The translations under genes were made by a program, and so were the position numbers. Shown here in pieces: positions 27,671-39,599 of a DNA stretch of 64,000 nucleotides (within the stretch, counting starts at the first letter, position 1; the number at the start of each line of letters is the position of its first letter). Origin of the DNA: Octopus sinensis (lineage: Eukaryota); contig NC_043003.1 of the NCBI RefSeq assembly GCF_006345805.1, positions 80,290,001 to 80,354,000 on the forward strand, written 5' to 3'. Under the pieces are notes generated by a model. The model made no database searches. It had not been told where the DNA came from and worked only from the letters and a program-made list of their open reading frames with translations.

Positions 27671-28844
27671 TTGGGTCATCAAAAATGAAATATACGATTT
27701 CCTTATGCTCCAAGTTTGCCACCAAGCTTGCAACTCTAATGCCATATCATGACAATTCTTTGTTTTACAATACTGAAGAGTTACACCATCATTTTTGGAA
27801 ATGCAATTCATAGTGTCTGATTACATTGTGTGTTTTTTCTTGTAAATCAATCTTTGCGAACCACTGGATACATGAAAAATTCTGTTGTTTATGAATATGA
27901 CATCTGTCGTGGAACCACTGCATCCCAGGGAGCTTCAAATATCAGGGTGTTTGGTGAAAGTGTGGTAAATGAGTGTATAGTACGTTGATAATTTGAGAAG
28001 TTCCGATCTGTGTGACTTTCCTCTTGAAAATCAAGGTAGATAATGATGAGCTGGAAACTAGTGAAAGCAGATATATCTCAAACTACGCAAGGTTTGATGT
28101 TTCGATTCCAACTGTATTGCACCATTTGAAACAAATCAGCAAAGTAAAGGAGCTGGAAAACTGGGTACTACACGAACTGAAAGACCATCAAATGACACGT
28201 CATCTTGAAACTTGCTGTTCTTTGCTGTCAAGGCATAAAAACGAACCATTTGTGCATCATATTGTTACGTGTGATGAAAGATAGATTCTTTTCAACAATA
28301 GCAAACGTTCTGCATGGTGGTTGAATAGAGATAAAGTGCTCAAACACAATGCAAAAATGAATATTCACCCAAAAATTCTGATGATGTCTGTTTCGTAGCC
28401 CATTGTTGGTGTCATCCGCTACAGTTTCGTGAGACCTAGTAAATCAATTATAGCGGACGTATTCATAAAGCAATTTGATGAAATGATGAGTGATCTTGCA
28501 ATTAAACAACCGAGATTCAAAGACCGCTACTCAAGTTACGAGAACTGAACTTGGAGGTACTTTCTCATCCACCATGCTCACCATACCTTTCACCTACTTA
28601 CTATTACGTTTTCCTGGCATTAGCCAAATTATGGCAAGAAAAATCTTAAGATGTGAAAACAGCTTTCATGAATTCATCACCTCTTGCTCTCCAGAATCCT
28701 TCACTGCTGGCATAAATTAACTACTAATAAAAGGGAAAAATTGTGATGCTAATATAGGTCCATACTTTGATTAACTGCATTGCTTTTTGTTCAGAAAAGG
28801 TAAAATAAACCTTCAGTTCAAAATCAGACATTTCATTCTTAATG

Positions 28845-28850
<6 letters not shown>
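27671..28850 (+). mobile_element. Degenerate mariner (DD34D) element with both TIRs
   Basis: TIRs ttgggtcatcaaaaatgaaa / tttcattcttaatgacgtga followed by TA. WVLHEL (WVPHEL motif) and HIVTCDE(R/K)W. Same family as 57200-58464. Confidence 0.85.
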
Positions 28851-28875
<25 letters not shown>

Positions 28876-28944
28876 GCATTTAAGTATTTATGTATGTAAC
28901 TTTAGCTGAGTTACAGGTTAAAATAACCATTTAAAGGATAGACT

Positions 28945-29000
<56 letters not shown>

Positions 29001-29320
29001 AATCAACTTATAAAGGAAACTGAAAATGGAGAAATATTGATGAACAACAATTGTCTTAGATCAATTATTATTTATTAATTCAATACAAATGAACTGCACC
29101 CCATCTAACAGCTGTTTCCGCTTTCAATATCGTATGATATTGCCATTGATATGCTAGAAATATTTATTATATTTCGTAATAAAAGTGAACTGAAAGATGG
29201 CGTTTCGTCAGAGTGAAGAATAGATAAAAAAGAAAAGCATAGAGACGAAAAAGGAAATGTTGAATATGATTGTAATCATACCATTCGGCTTGTGTATCTC
29301 TTTGGGACGTTAAGTAAATG

Positions 29321-30478
29321 ACTAAACTTAAAAGGTATTTGGCGGATTAAGCCTTTGTACGGGGCGGGTGTAGGATGGGTAAAAAAATTAAAAAGTAATA
29401 AATAATAGTGGGATACAGCAACAGGTTTTAGACGGAGGTTTTATATTATATAATAAGATATATAATCTAATATATAATATATATTATAATTGATTGTGTG
29501 GATGTTGTATTCGAGTGCGAATACGTGTGTGTAAGTGTACATAGGTGTATATGTACGTACATATATATATATATATTTATGTGAGTGTGTGCACATAAAA
29601 GTAAATGTATGTTCGGATTTTTTTTTGTATGCGTGCATGAGTAAATTGTAGTAAGAGCTGGCATCTGTAAAAATAATTTGCAAATATTTTAATTTTTAAT
29701 TGTAATCATTAATTTAATTAGGGATATTTAATTTTAGTTAGTTAATTGATCACTAGCCTGACTGCTTTATAAATTGTTTAGCTAATTAGCTGTCTGATGA
29801 GCTAGTTAGCTCACTGATTAGGTGTATTCGATGCTAGTCCAGCAGTCTCTAATTTAGGCCATTTACCCTAGTTATTACCCCCCTTTAACCATCAATATTT
29901 CCCCAATTTTTCTACGGAATAAATTCCTTTCAATTTTTTTACTAATTTTACATTCCTATTTGGTGTATTTTACCCCAACCGTTTTATCTCATAATTGTCC
30001 GATTTGTTTCTCTCTTAGTATTTATTTTTAAATCTAGCATATACTGTCCTAAACATTTTATGGCCCCTTACAACATACACCAATTTTCCATTCATTTATT
30101 TCCTTATCTTACCACGTATAGCAGTCTCAATAGCTGGTCTTTTGTTTTTAAGTTTCAACTGACCAATTATATCGAAAGGTGGTCCTTGGCCTATCTTAAT
30201 TCGGACAACCGGTGGAAGAGCTTAACAACCTACTAGTAAATAAGTAAAAATTCCAATAATCGATTAGCCCTTTATTATAAATACTATTAATTAATACTAT
30301 AAACATAATGATTAAAATTATTATGATCAATTTAAAACCTTATTGTATTTTTCCCCTTCTCCGACTAAAACCTATTGGCGTATCCCACTATTATTTATTA
30401 TTCTTTTTGTCAGTTATCCATCCTGTCCCCACCCCCGTACAAAAGGATTAATCCACCAAAACCTATTTTAAGTTTAGT
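29321..30478 (-). mobile_element. Penelope-like relic (GIY-YIG remnant) bounded by ~115-bp imperfect inverted repeats
   Basis: 29321-29437 is the reverse complement of 30359-30478 (shared aataaataatagtgggatac, tttgtacgggg, actaaacttaaaa). Internal minus-strand remnant GIYSVE...RLLD*HRIHL...SSDS*LAKQFIK. Confidence 0.55.
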
Positions 30479-30729
30479 TGGTATTTCCCAACGTGTTATA
30501 CAACAGCATCTTAAATGAGCTGAGACCCTGTACACACTCACACACACACACATATATATATATAGATAGATAGAGAAACAGAGATAGATAGATAGATACA
30601 GATATATATATACATATGTATACATATAAATATAAAATACACATACACACGTATACATATAAATATAAATGCACATACACACGCATATACATGTACATAT
30701 ACTCATGTATGAGCGTGTGAGCATATGCG

Positions 30730-30761
<32 letters not shown>

Positions 30762-30886
30762 TAAAAAGGAATTCCAACCTTGTCTGATTTTCACATTTTA
30801 TTTACAATCTTATAATGATATATTATAAGATAATATAATATAATAGAATGAAATAAAATAGTAGAATGTAAAATGTTCATTCTGAT

Positions 30887-30931
30887 TGAACTAGTACTTT
30901 CATGCATTAAATTCTGCAATCTTCAGGTTCA
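30887..30931 (-). ncRNA. Candidate minimal type I hammerhead ribozyme in PLE tail
   Basis: Minus strand tgaac-CTGAAGA-ttgca(gaatttaa)tgcat-GAAA-gtacTA-gttca. 5-bp stem I, 4-bp stem II, palindromic AGTACT stem III; lies downstream of the PLE ORF ending at 31355. Confidence 0.65.
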
Positions 30932-30994
30932 TGTAGTAGTGGTGACAGTCATACTTCACAATTTTTGACTGTAGCGAAATGATTGAATCTGTGC

Positions 30995-31108
30995 CTTAAA
31001 TACAGCTGGGTAGTCTCCAGATTGCTAGGTTTTGCAAACTGTATTCTGACCAATCAGTGTGTAGTATCACTCAATTACTGAAGCTGATTGGTTGGTTGAG
31101 CTGATTGG
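30995..31108 (-). promoter_or_regulatory. Putative PLE pseudo-LTR promoter (three CCAAT boxes and a TATA-like box)
   Basis: ctgattgg at 31084 and 31101, ccaatcag at 31050, minus-strand tatttaag at 31002-30995, all upstream of the hammerhead. Confidence 0.45.
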
Positions 31109-31354
31109 TTTAGGCGTCACGCTTTCTTGAACATGTCAAGAGTCCTGTATCTTAACCCTGGGCGAGGCAGCAATTGTTGGGCTATTTTTAGAAATGTTGT
31201 AAATAGCCTTTGTCAGAGATTTTTATATTTTTATATTTCAATTGTCATCATCATCATTGTCAGCACCTTAATTATTGTTGCTAGTGGTGATGGTGGTGGC
31301 AATAGAACTTTTAACTCTAAATAAGATAATTTTCCTGCTATCTAGGTATTATTA

Positions 31355-32296
31355 TTATTGCTTATTTAGCTTGGGTTCGAATTTATCAATAAAATTCTTT
31401 TCTCTGATTTTCCTCTCGATTTTACTTGCGCTGTGTAATTTGTAGAATGGAAATATTATATATATTTTCAAACCACATGTTGCTAGGTGGTTACTCAAAG
31501 GTATCTGACGGACCTCTGGGTCTCTAATCTGTTGTCGGTGTACACGCGAGCGTTCTGATAGTGCATTTCCCGTCTGACCTACATATATTTCTTCACAATT
31601 TTGGCATTTGATGCAGTAAATTAAATTTCTACTTTTGCAGTTCATATTCGCGTTTGTGAATATTTTCCCGGTTTTTGTATTTATATATTGGCCGGTATGT
31701 ATGACTTGGCATGTGCCACACCGGCTATCATTGCATTTAGATACAGTGAATGTTTGGTCTTTGTTGCTAAGGTCAAATTTCGCCTTTGTTAGTAATTTTT
31801 TCAAGTTTTTAGGCTGTCTTTTACTAAGAACTATAGCTCGATCCGTGATTATGTCTTTTAATTCATTACTTTGGGCAATGATTGTTAGGTTTGCTTTGGC
31901 AATTTTGAAGATATTCTGGTGACATGGGTTGTGTGTCACTATGAATGGTAGGACTTGTTCTTGTTTTCCTCTTTCTTGGGTTACCCTAAGTTGTTGTATG
32001 GGTATTTTTATAACCTGCTGTATGTCATTTTCTATAAGTAGAGATGGGTATTTTTGTTTGAGCAAAAATTCTCTTAGTTCTGTTAGGCGTTTGTTCCTGA
32101 TATTTGCATCTTCTATAATGGTACAAATTCTTCTGGCTAGGCAGTATGGGATGTTGTGTTTTGTATGTGGTAGATGGCACGACTTAAAATGTAGGTACTG
32201 ATGTGTGTCTGTGTGTTTATAGTATATATCTGTGGTGATGGTGGTGTCTTTTTTAATTACCATTATATCTAGGAATGGTAATTTGGTACTACTCAT
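31355..32296 (-). CDS. PLE polyprotein C-terminal part (RT thumb + GIY-YIG endonuclease), 313 aa open
   Basis: ORF track; CxxC in the linker (KCNDSRCGTC) and the LIYCIKC...YVGQT GIY-YIG signature. Confidence 0.85.
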   Translation of the reverse strand: MSSTKLPFLDIMVIKKDTTITTDIYYKHTDTHQYLHFKSCHLPHTKHNIPYCLARRICTIIEDANIRNKRLTELREFLLKQKYPSLLIENDIQQVIKIPIQQLRVTQERGKQEQVLPFIVTHNPCHQNIFKIAKANLTIIAQSNELKDIITDRAIVLSKRQPKNLKKLLTKAKFDLSNKDQTFTVSKCNDSRCGTCQVIHTGQYINTKTGKIFTNANMNCKSRNLIYCIKCQNCEEIYVGQTGNALSERSRVHRQQIRDPEVRQIPLSNHLATCGLKIYIIFPFYKLHSASKIERKIREKNFIDKFEPKLNKQ

Positions 32297-32699
32297 CTCC
32301 TTTGTAAATTGGAGAGATGGGTGTAGGTTGTTCAGGAGGATATTGAACTCTTCCAGAGTATTTAGAGATTCTGTCCAGATTATGAAGCAGTCGTCAAGGT
32401 ATCTCTTCCATGCCTTTTCAATATACTTTCTAAATCCAGTGCTTGGTAGAGTTGTTATAAGTATTCCATTACAGAGTTGGCGTAAACGGGAGCAAACCTT
32501 GTTCTCATCGCCGTGCCTCTAATTTGGATGTAATTCTTTCCATGGAAGAGGAATGTGTTGTTTTCTAGAATAAGTTTGACTGTGTCTAATATAAATGGCA
32601 TTGTGAATCTGCTGGGGATCATTTCTCTATGTTTTTCTACCCAGTATTTAATCGCCTTTATTCCTAAATCATTCCTAAAACCTTTATTCCTAAAACTTA

Positions 32700-32970
32700 T
32701 TTTTCAATTTCAACAAGGAATTGAAAAGTAGCATACATAATACCAAAAACAAGACAGAAAACATAACGAAACCTAGTAAAATACCACAACCAAAACGCAA
32801 AATTTATCAAGCAAACATCAACAGGAATATAAATCATAATCAGAAGAAAATCCATTTTTTTACGTCAGGACAACAAACACCGGAGAAAGAAAAAATCCAA
32901 GAGGAAACATACCCAAAACAACTGAACGTATAGACCCTAAAATAATTAATTTATCAAAAAGAGATCTTAT
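32700..32970 (+). mobile_element. Inverted PLE N-terminal fragment abutting the RT fragment
   Basis: K/N/Q-rich reading frame ending ...TLKIINLSKRDL (PLE V.NLS..L motif) on the opposite strand to the RT. Confidence 0.45.
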
Positions 32971-33514
32971 GAAGATATTTTCTTCATTTTTAGGTCAACG
33001 TATTCAGACAGGAATTTGGCATGCTGCAACGTAGGTTGCTCATTCATTTAGGTTCATTGTATTTCGTTCTGTACTTTCTAAGTCGCATTGTTGGGGCGAG
33101 ACAGTTGCTCAGTCGTCATATAATGGATTATAGACACATCTGAAAAACGACCGAACTAATACTCTGCAAGCTGGTGTGCAGGGTCATGCCATTTCAGAAT
33201 ACATGGAACTAATATATAAAGAAAAGAAATGGTTTTACTTTGATAGCATCAATATCATCTGTGTCGACCAATAGAGGTCTAAATGCCTACAAGCCACCTA
33301 GATTTTATGTCGAACCTTCCATTTTGCTCCAAATGTCTGAGGGACTGCATGTGTCACACGTTGCGAGAAGTCTTTAAGTAAATCGGAGGTGAGTCGAACT
33401 TATTAAAAGCATATGTAACTCTTCTGTTAAGTGAAACTATCTTTCGTATCATCACTCAAACTATATGTACTCACTCCCACAGACACACATACACACACAT
33501 TATATATCTATCTA

Positions 33515-33561
<47 letters not shown>

Positions 33562-34957
33562 CGCACACACATATAACGCAACTGTGCATCTCATTTGATC
33601 ATTGAGTTAATTACCTGCTGATTACACTAATCAAATCATGTGGCTTAAAATGAATCAAGACAACATTTAAATTTCGTTTATAGAAACATGCTCAAGTTTC
33701 CAGTAGAGTATTAAATGATACTAATATATTCTAGTCACTAACTTTTCAGGATGTAAGTTAACATTTATCATCTCTATTACAATAAAATTTACATTTTGCT
33801 AAGGAGGTGTAATAAGCGTGGAAGATGTCCGGATTTGTAGCTATACTATCTAGATGTGTGTTAATCCCCACTGCTTTGTTGCATGTTATTTTTAATTAAT
33901 ATTAATTAATTAGAATTCAGTGATACTGTCTCTTCTGGTTTACTTGACCATGTTTATGTATTAATTAAGCTAATGACTCTGTGCACCACGGGTGTGATTT
34001 TAATTAATGAGAATTATTCGGCTCACTTCATTGTGCTATATAACGTAATCATATATACAAGAACTCTTTATATAGTATGAGATATTAATTAAGAACTTAA
34101 TATTACTTAGTATATTATAAAAACAGCATTCTCAACGTTATTGGATTTTAGCCCAGAGTAAGTTTTGACCTGGCAGAAATAATATCGAAATATTCCAGTA
34201 GTGACCAACACATCTTTCTATAACGATATCATCCAACAATAAATTTTGTTTTTATTTTATGGTGCTAGTATATGATTAGACGACGATTTAATTATTATTT
34301 CTAGTTAGTCAAGTAATTTTCATGGAATTCATTTAATGGTTTGTTAATTATGAACATGATATACAACAATACCTCTATTTTGCTCTTAATATGTCCGGTG
34401 ATACAGGAAGTGTAGCACGAGTTATTTTACAACTATCGTTAGGCAATAGTTACAATAGCACAATGTTATTGTTACAGATTATATCTGTAATTACATCTTT
34501 TATATTAACACGCAACACTGATTACCTGCTAATGAATAAAGCTGTTTACTTGGGATGGAGAGACAAATGAATTTGTAAGAATTGAACATCGAAGGAAGGT
34601 TGAGTCTAGTATTCTACAATTCCTCTTAATTTACAGATGTTTTAAAGATATTTTCTATATTCCCATCATCAAAATATTACGATATTCTTTTCATTATGTA
34701 GTTGTATTAAAACATCAAAATACCACAATATTATACTTTTAACTTTCCGGTAGTTTCAGCAACTGGACAAGCAGTCAGCCTAGGGCTTTACTTTGAAAGC
34801 GTTTAGATTATCATAGCGACACTAGGTAACAGACACGTAGCAATTTTATTAATCTACATTTATCGATAGCTATCTTACAATTTTTACCACATATTTCTGT
34901 CATATGTGTGTATACATATGCAATATATATATATATATATATATATATACATTGTGC

Positions 34958-35004
<47 letters not shown>

Positions 35005-35024
35005 ATATATATATATATATTCTT

Positions 35025-35240
35025 TTACTTGTTTTAGTCATGTGACTGTGGCCATACTGGATCACCGCCTTTAGTCGAGCAAATCGACCACAAGAATTAT
35101 TCTTTGTAAGCCTAATACTTATGCTGTCGGTCTGTTTTGCGGGGACGTAAACACACCAGAATCTGTTGTCAAGCGATGTTGGGGGGACAAACACAGAAGA
35201 ACAAACATATACACACACATACATATATTCATACATAAAT
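35025..35240 (-). mobile_element. 3' half of the CORE-like SINE family
   Basis: ttttacttgttttagtcatgtgactgtggccatactgga...gtcaagcgatgttggggg matches 11062-11260. Confidence 0.8.
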
Positions 35241-35244
35241 ATGA

Positions 35245-35603
35245 CGGATTAAGTTGATTATACTGACCTCAGTGCTTAACTGGTACTTATTTAATCGACC
35301 CCGAAAGGATGAAAGGCAAAGTCGGCCTCGGCGGAATTTGAACTCAGAACGTAGCGGCAGACGAAATACCTATTTCTTTACTACCCACAAAGGGGCTAAA
35401 CACAGAGAGGACAAACAAAGACAGACAAACGGATTAAGTCGATTATATCGACCCCAGTGCGTAACTGGTACTTAATTTATCGACCCCGAAAGGATGAAAG
35501 GCAAAGTCACCCTCGGCTGAATTTGAACTCAGAACGTAACGACAGGCAGAATACCGCTAAGCGTTTCACCCAATGTGCTAACAATTCTGCCAGCTTGCCA
35601 CCT
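35245..35603 (-). mobile_element. Head-to-tail SINE dimer
   Basis: The full copy at 35371-35603 has its 3' end (aaagaaata) joined to ggtatttcgtctgcc inside the head of a second copy at 35245-35370. Confidence 0.85.
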
Positions 35604-35768
35604 TTGAATTACGAATAACCTTCAGACTAAAAATGTCCGACTGCTTTGGTATTAACATCGCAACAAGTTGTTTAAATATTGCAGTCTATTTACATATGCG
35701 AGAAATAAATGCCCTTCCACCCGACGGGACTATGGTAATGAGGTTTATTTCTGTGTGTTTATAGTTTA

Positions 35769-36118
35769 CTAGCAGTATCGCCCGGCGTTGCTCAGGTTTG
35801 TAAGGAAAATAACTATAAAGCATTTTTAGAGAGTTATAGCCAAAAAATAGCAAAAAAGTTAAAAAAGGTGGAGTTGCGTCCCCTAGACGGTCTGTGGTTT
35901 GGGTTTCTGATTCTCGACCCCATGTCGAATTTATCGATTTTTTTCAGAACTGGGGGAACTTTTCAAAATTTTCGCTGCGTTAGTTTTGAATTATGACATT
36001 GGGCTATGTGTGTGTCAAGTTTCATCAGAATCGGTTGAAAGCCGTGGTCAGGGTGAGGGTACGAGAAAACAGACACACAGAAAACGCACAGACAAACTGC
36101 CGTTTATATAGAGAGAGA
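35769..36118 (-). mobile_element. Non-autonomous Helitron (~350 bp)
   Basis: Minus strand starts TC (tctctctatataaacggc), ends with the GC-rich subterminal hairpin cctgagcaacgccggg followed by CTAG; flanked by A and T with no TSD. Confidence 0.8.
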
Positions 36119-36447
36119 TGAAAATTGAGAACATTAGTTACGAGAACATTCAACAGATATTGCATTACTTATATTTAATGTGAGAAATCGTTACGTAATC
36201 TTTAAAAATAACGCTTAAATATTTCTGTATTGATTCAGATGATACAGAAATGCGTTCTTTTCCCTGCAACTCAAAGAATTTTACGACCTGAAGCAACAAT
36301 ATGTATCTAACACATACATATTTTCACAGGTTAAATATGTATCAAAATATATCAAGCTCGCTATTCCTTCTGATAATTGGTGAACAAAATAAGATCACTA
36401 AGTAGGCTGTTGGACTTACGACGTTTACTTTGATAAATATTCTCGTG

Positions 36448-36483
<36 letters not shown>

Positions 36484-37899
36484 AGCATCGTTATACGCAG
36501 TTGAGGTATTGTATAGGATAGCCTTCTATGTAGCCTAATTAATATATCTATTATGTTCATAGGTCAATTACTGTAGTATTTGTCTTAAGATAACCTATCT
36601 CTTAATTAGCCGCAAGCTAATAGAAATTTAGGCTATGCAAGAACAGCACTAAATAAATCAACAACATTACTGCGAACTGTGAGAGAATGTGTGGATGTGT
36701 AAGTGTATTTGTGTGTGTGTGTGTGTACGTGTGTATTGGAAATATAATTTCGGTACTTTTATTGAAAAGTACTCCATGAAACGGTTTCTTCAGAGCTATG
36801 ACTATTGTCTGAAGAGCAAATGAAGCGAATAGAAAATATATGGTCTATTGCACACAAAATACACATTTTAAATACCTTATTAGTTCATGTCCTATGTATA
36901 TTTTCGCTGAATATAATCAGCCGGAGTTAAAGAAGTTTATGCTAGCTTGTCTGCCTTATATGCCAGGAGCTATCTATAATCGTTGTGGAACCTTTGACCG
37001 AACAGAAAGCGAAGACGAATCATCCGCTGAATGGAGTCGGTGTGAAAAGAATTTCTCTTAAAAGAGACATGTTTATCATGGCTTACACAGCGAGATAATC
37101 TCACAAAGCCACAAACTCCATCTCTGTCTGTCTATCTGCCTGTAACGTCTGTATACCTCTCATTCTCTCTCTTTGGTTCACGTATTGGTATCTGTTCCAT
37201 AATTTTCTGTTTATTGGTGTGAACAAAGTTTTGTATGAACAAGGTTACTTAACGGTTTGATAAATATGGATCAACATCCTAAGCCAGGGGTCGACATGAT
37301 CGGTTAAACCACTAACGTTGGGTGCCCAATCATAGCGGCATTCGTAGTGACAACAATCGTGAAAGGAATATAAAAAAAATACGGCACAAATGTTGAAAGT
37401 ATATGTTGAGACAATAAACGTTGTGATGATAATAATTTACATGCTATTATTTAAAGCATTTGTTATGATATGGGTATACACGTCTGATGAAAAATGGTAT
37501 TACACAAATAAATTGTTGGCTGTGGTGTTCTAAAATAACCTAAAACATAAATGTTAACACAGAACTCACTCCGAACATAGATAAAATATTCAGCATTCAC
37601 TGTTCAACTACCGACATCTAAAACGACGAATTAACACAGTAAACTAACCGGGTCGAACTAACACCGTCAATTACTATTTCTTTATTAGCGAATAATGACC
37701 CAATATAGAGAGGGCAATACATGGATAGACAAGACAAGTGCGGATATAAAACATAAAACAAGGAATGATAATGAATTATAAATAAATGAATGTGCAATGG
37801 CTACTCGAATCCCACTCTACTTAACTGTTCTTTATCAAAGTTTTTTATATCTTTTTGTCTGTGGTAGCATGTGTGTGGTCGTTCCGTATTTTTCTGTTT

Positions 37900-39130
37900 T
37901 ATAATATTAAAACTACTTGCATGTTTTTCCAGTTTATATACGGTTTCAAATCGTCATAGTCCACGACTGAAGGTACGGTGTCATATGACACCTCTACTCC
38001 TAATGGGTCTATGTTTAAACCGAACAATACATTTAATTTAGCATATCTTTCCTAGTCTACTAGTATATATTTTAATGTTTTCTGTATAATCTTCAGTCGG
38101 CAATTTAACTCTAATCACCAATTTGTACTTGATGATTTTTCGTTCAATTGCCGTGCTCTTTCTGTACGGGGCCTTTTCAGGGACTGTGTGTTATGCCTGT
38201 CTGTTTCTGTTTGTTTTAAGGTGAACTTGGACTATCTGGGGCGGTTTCTTTTCTTTTTGTTAGTGTTACTGGTGGTGATGCATGCTGTGTGAATGTATCG
38301 TGTGTGTTTGCCTAACAATTTCTTCTGTTTCACTATTCTTCCTTTTCTTTTTGGGACTCTTTGGGAGGGTATTTATTATTTCCTTTCTCTTTCTTTTGAG
38401 TACTTCTGTAAATCACTCTTCTTCTTTACCAACCGTACACATCTCCTGGGCTGGCCTTGTCATTTCGGTAATCCAACTTTGTTCGTGCTGGTTTCATTGG
38501 TTGTCTGGGGACACTTCATTTTAATGTGCACCTTTTCTCCGCAGTAGTAGCATGTTGGAGGTCTCCCTTCTAACACAACTCTCAGTCTTATATCCTCAGG
38601 CAGCAACACATCTTCTGCTAATTCGTTCAGGTCTTGCTGGATGACCTGAATAGCCATTTCCAAACCGTAACCGTACCAATTCATTTTCTTTGTTCTTGCC
38701 ACTTGTAAAATCTTTGTGTCCTCGTGGGTTCCATGCATCACGGCTTTTACCAGCCACGCTTCTTTAATTTCCGGTGGTACCCTGACTATCCTAATTCTTG
38801 CTACTCTTTTGCTGAAGTTGGTCGGCAGGAGTACTCATTCTTGTGACCCCAGCGTCACAGTGGAGTGATGTATTGTCTCTTGTTCGGTGGCAAACCTCAC
38901 ATCCACTGTGCCGTGTTTTCTACCTGTAGTGTAGAATGTTACAACGCTACTTCTTCCAGACATTTTTCTATAGCTTCTTCTGTAGCTATCTCAATCTTTT
39001 TACTGTTTGTTGACAGTGTTCTGTAAACCACTGTCCTCCTGACACCTCCTTCCGGATCAACGCGTTGTACTCTTGCACCTTCTCCATAGCTCCCGGCAAG
39101 TTCTTGAACTGGTTCTCAATTCATTTCATT
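37900..39130 (-). pseudogene. Unit A: divergent, decayed ORF1-like gene
   Basis: DVLLPEDIRLRVVLEGRPPTCYYCGEKVHIKMKCP (38460-38741) matches unit E PDETRLRVVVEGRPPICYNCKSRGHMKDVCP. C-terminal SYDTVPSVVDYDDLKPYI (~37930-37990) matches RYDKLPDVIDHTDLLDYM. Confidence 0.85.
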
Positions 39131-39599
39131 TTTCGAGTCTCTTCACCCAAAAATGAGGGAAAGAAAAAAAACACAAAAAAACACAGGCCCACAAACAAAA
39201 CGGCAACAGTATTCAATAAAATTCAACAACTTCAATCATAGCACACCCGCAGGGTAGAGCCTTTAGCAAAATATAACACGACATATCTGCGACAGGAATC
39301 ACAAATGATTTAACAGAACTAGCAACCATTTTAAAGAATTAGTTTGGCACTACGGCCATAACATAGAGGGGACAGCACAAGGACAGACAAAACAATACAT
39401 TGGGGCGTATAAAAACACATTATGAATATAATTAATGTGAGAATAACATGGCTTTCCTACCCCTCAAAGTAGGTAGTTCCATTTTACTCTTATTTTAATT
39501 TACAGTCTTACTTTACAGTCTTGTGTCTTTTCCTTAACACATAATTGCAACAAATGCGGCTTTATATCGTCAAAACATGCAACAGCCGGCATCACGTCG

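Larger units (their letters stand above)
30850..32680 (-). mobile_element. 5'-truncated Penelope-like retroelement (RT, GIY-YIG, tail)
   Basis: LILENNTFLF...IRGTAMRTRFAPVYAN, KRYLDDCFIIW, LPFLD, YYKHTDTHQYLHFKSCH, NLIYCIKCQNCEEIYVGQT. One frameshift near 32450. Confidence 0.92.

Noticed and set aside
36700-37654. Possible seventh, older array unit (CVFC at about the expected knuckle distance)
   Set aside because: No similarity to EGRPP..C..C...H context or to the charged linker; the strand composition is wrong.
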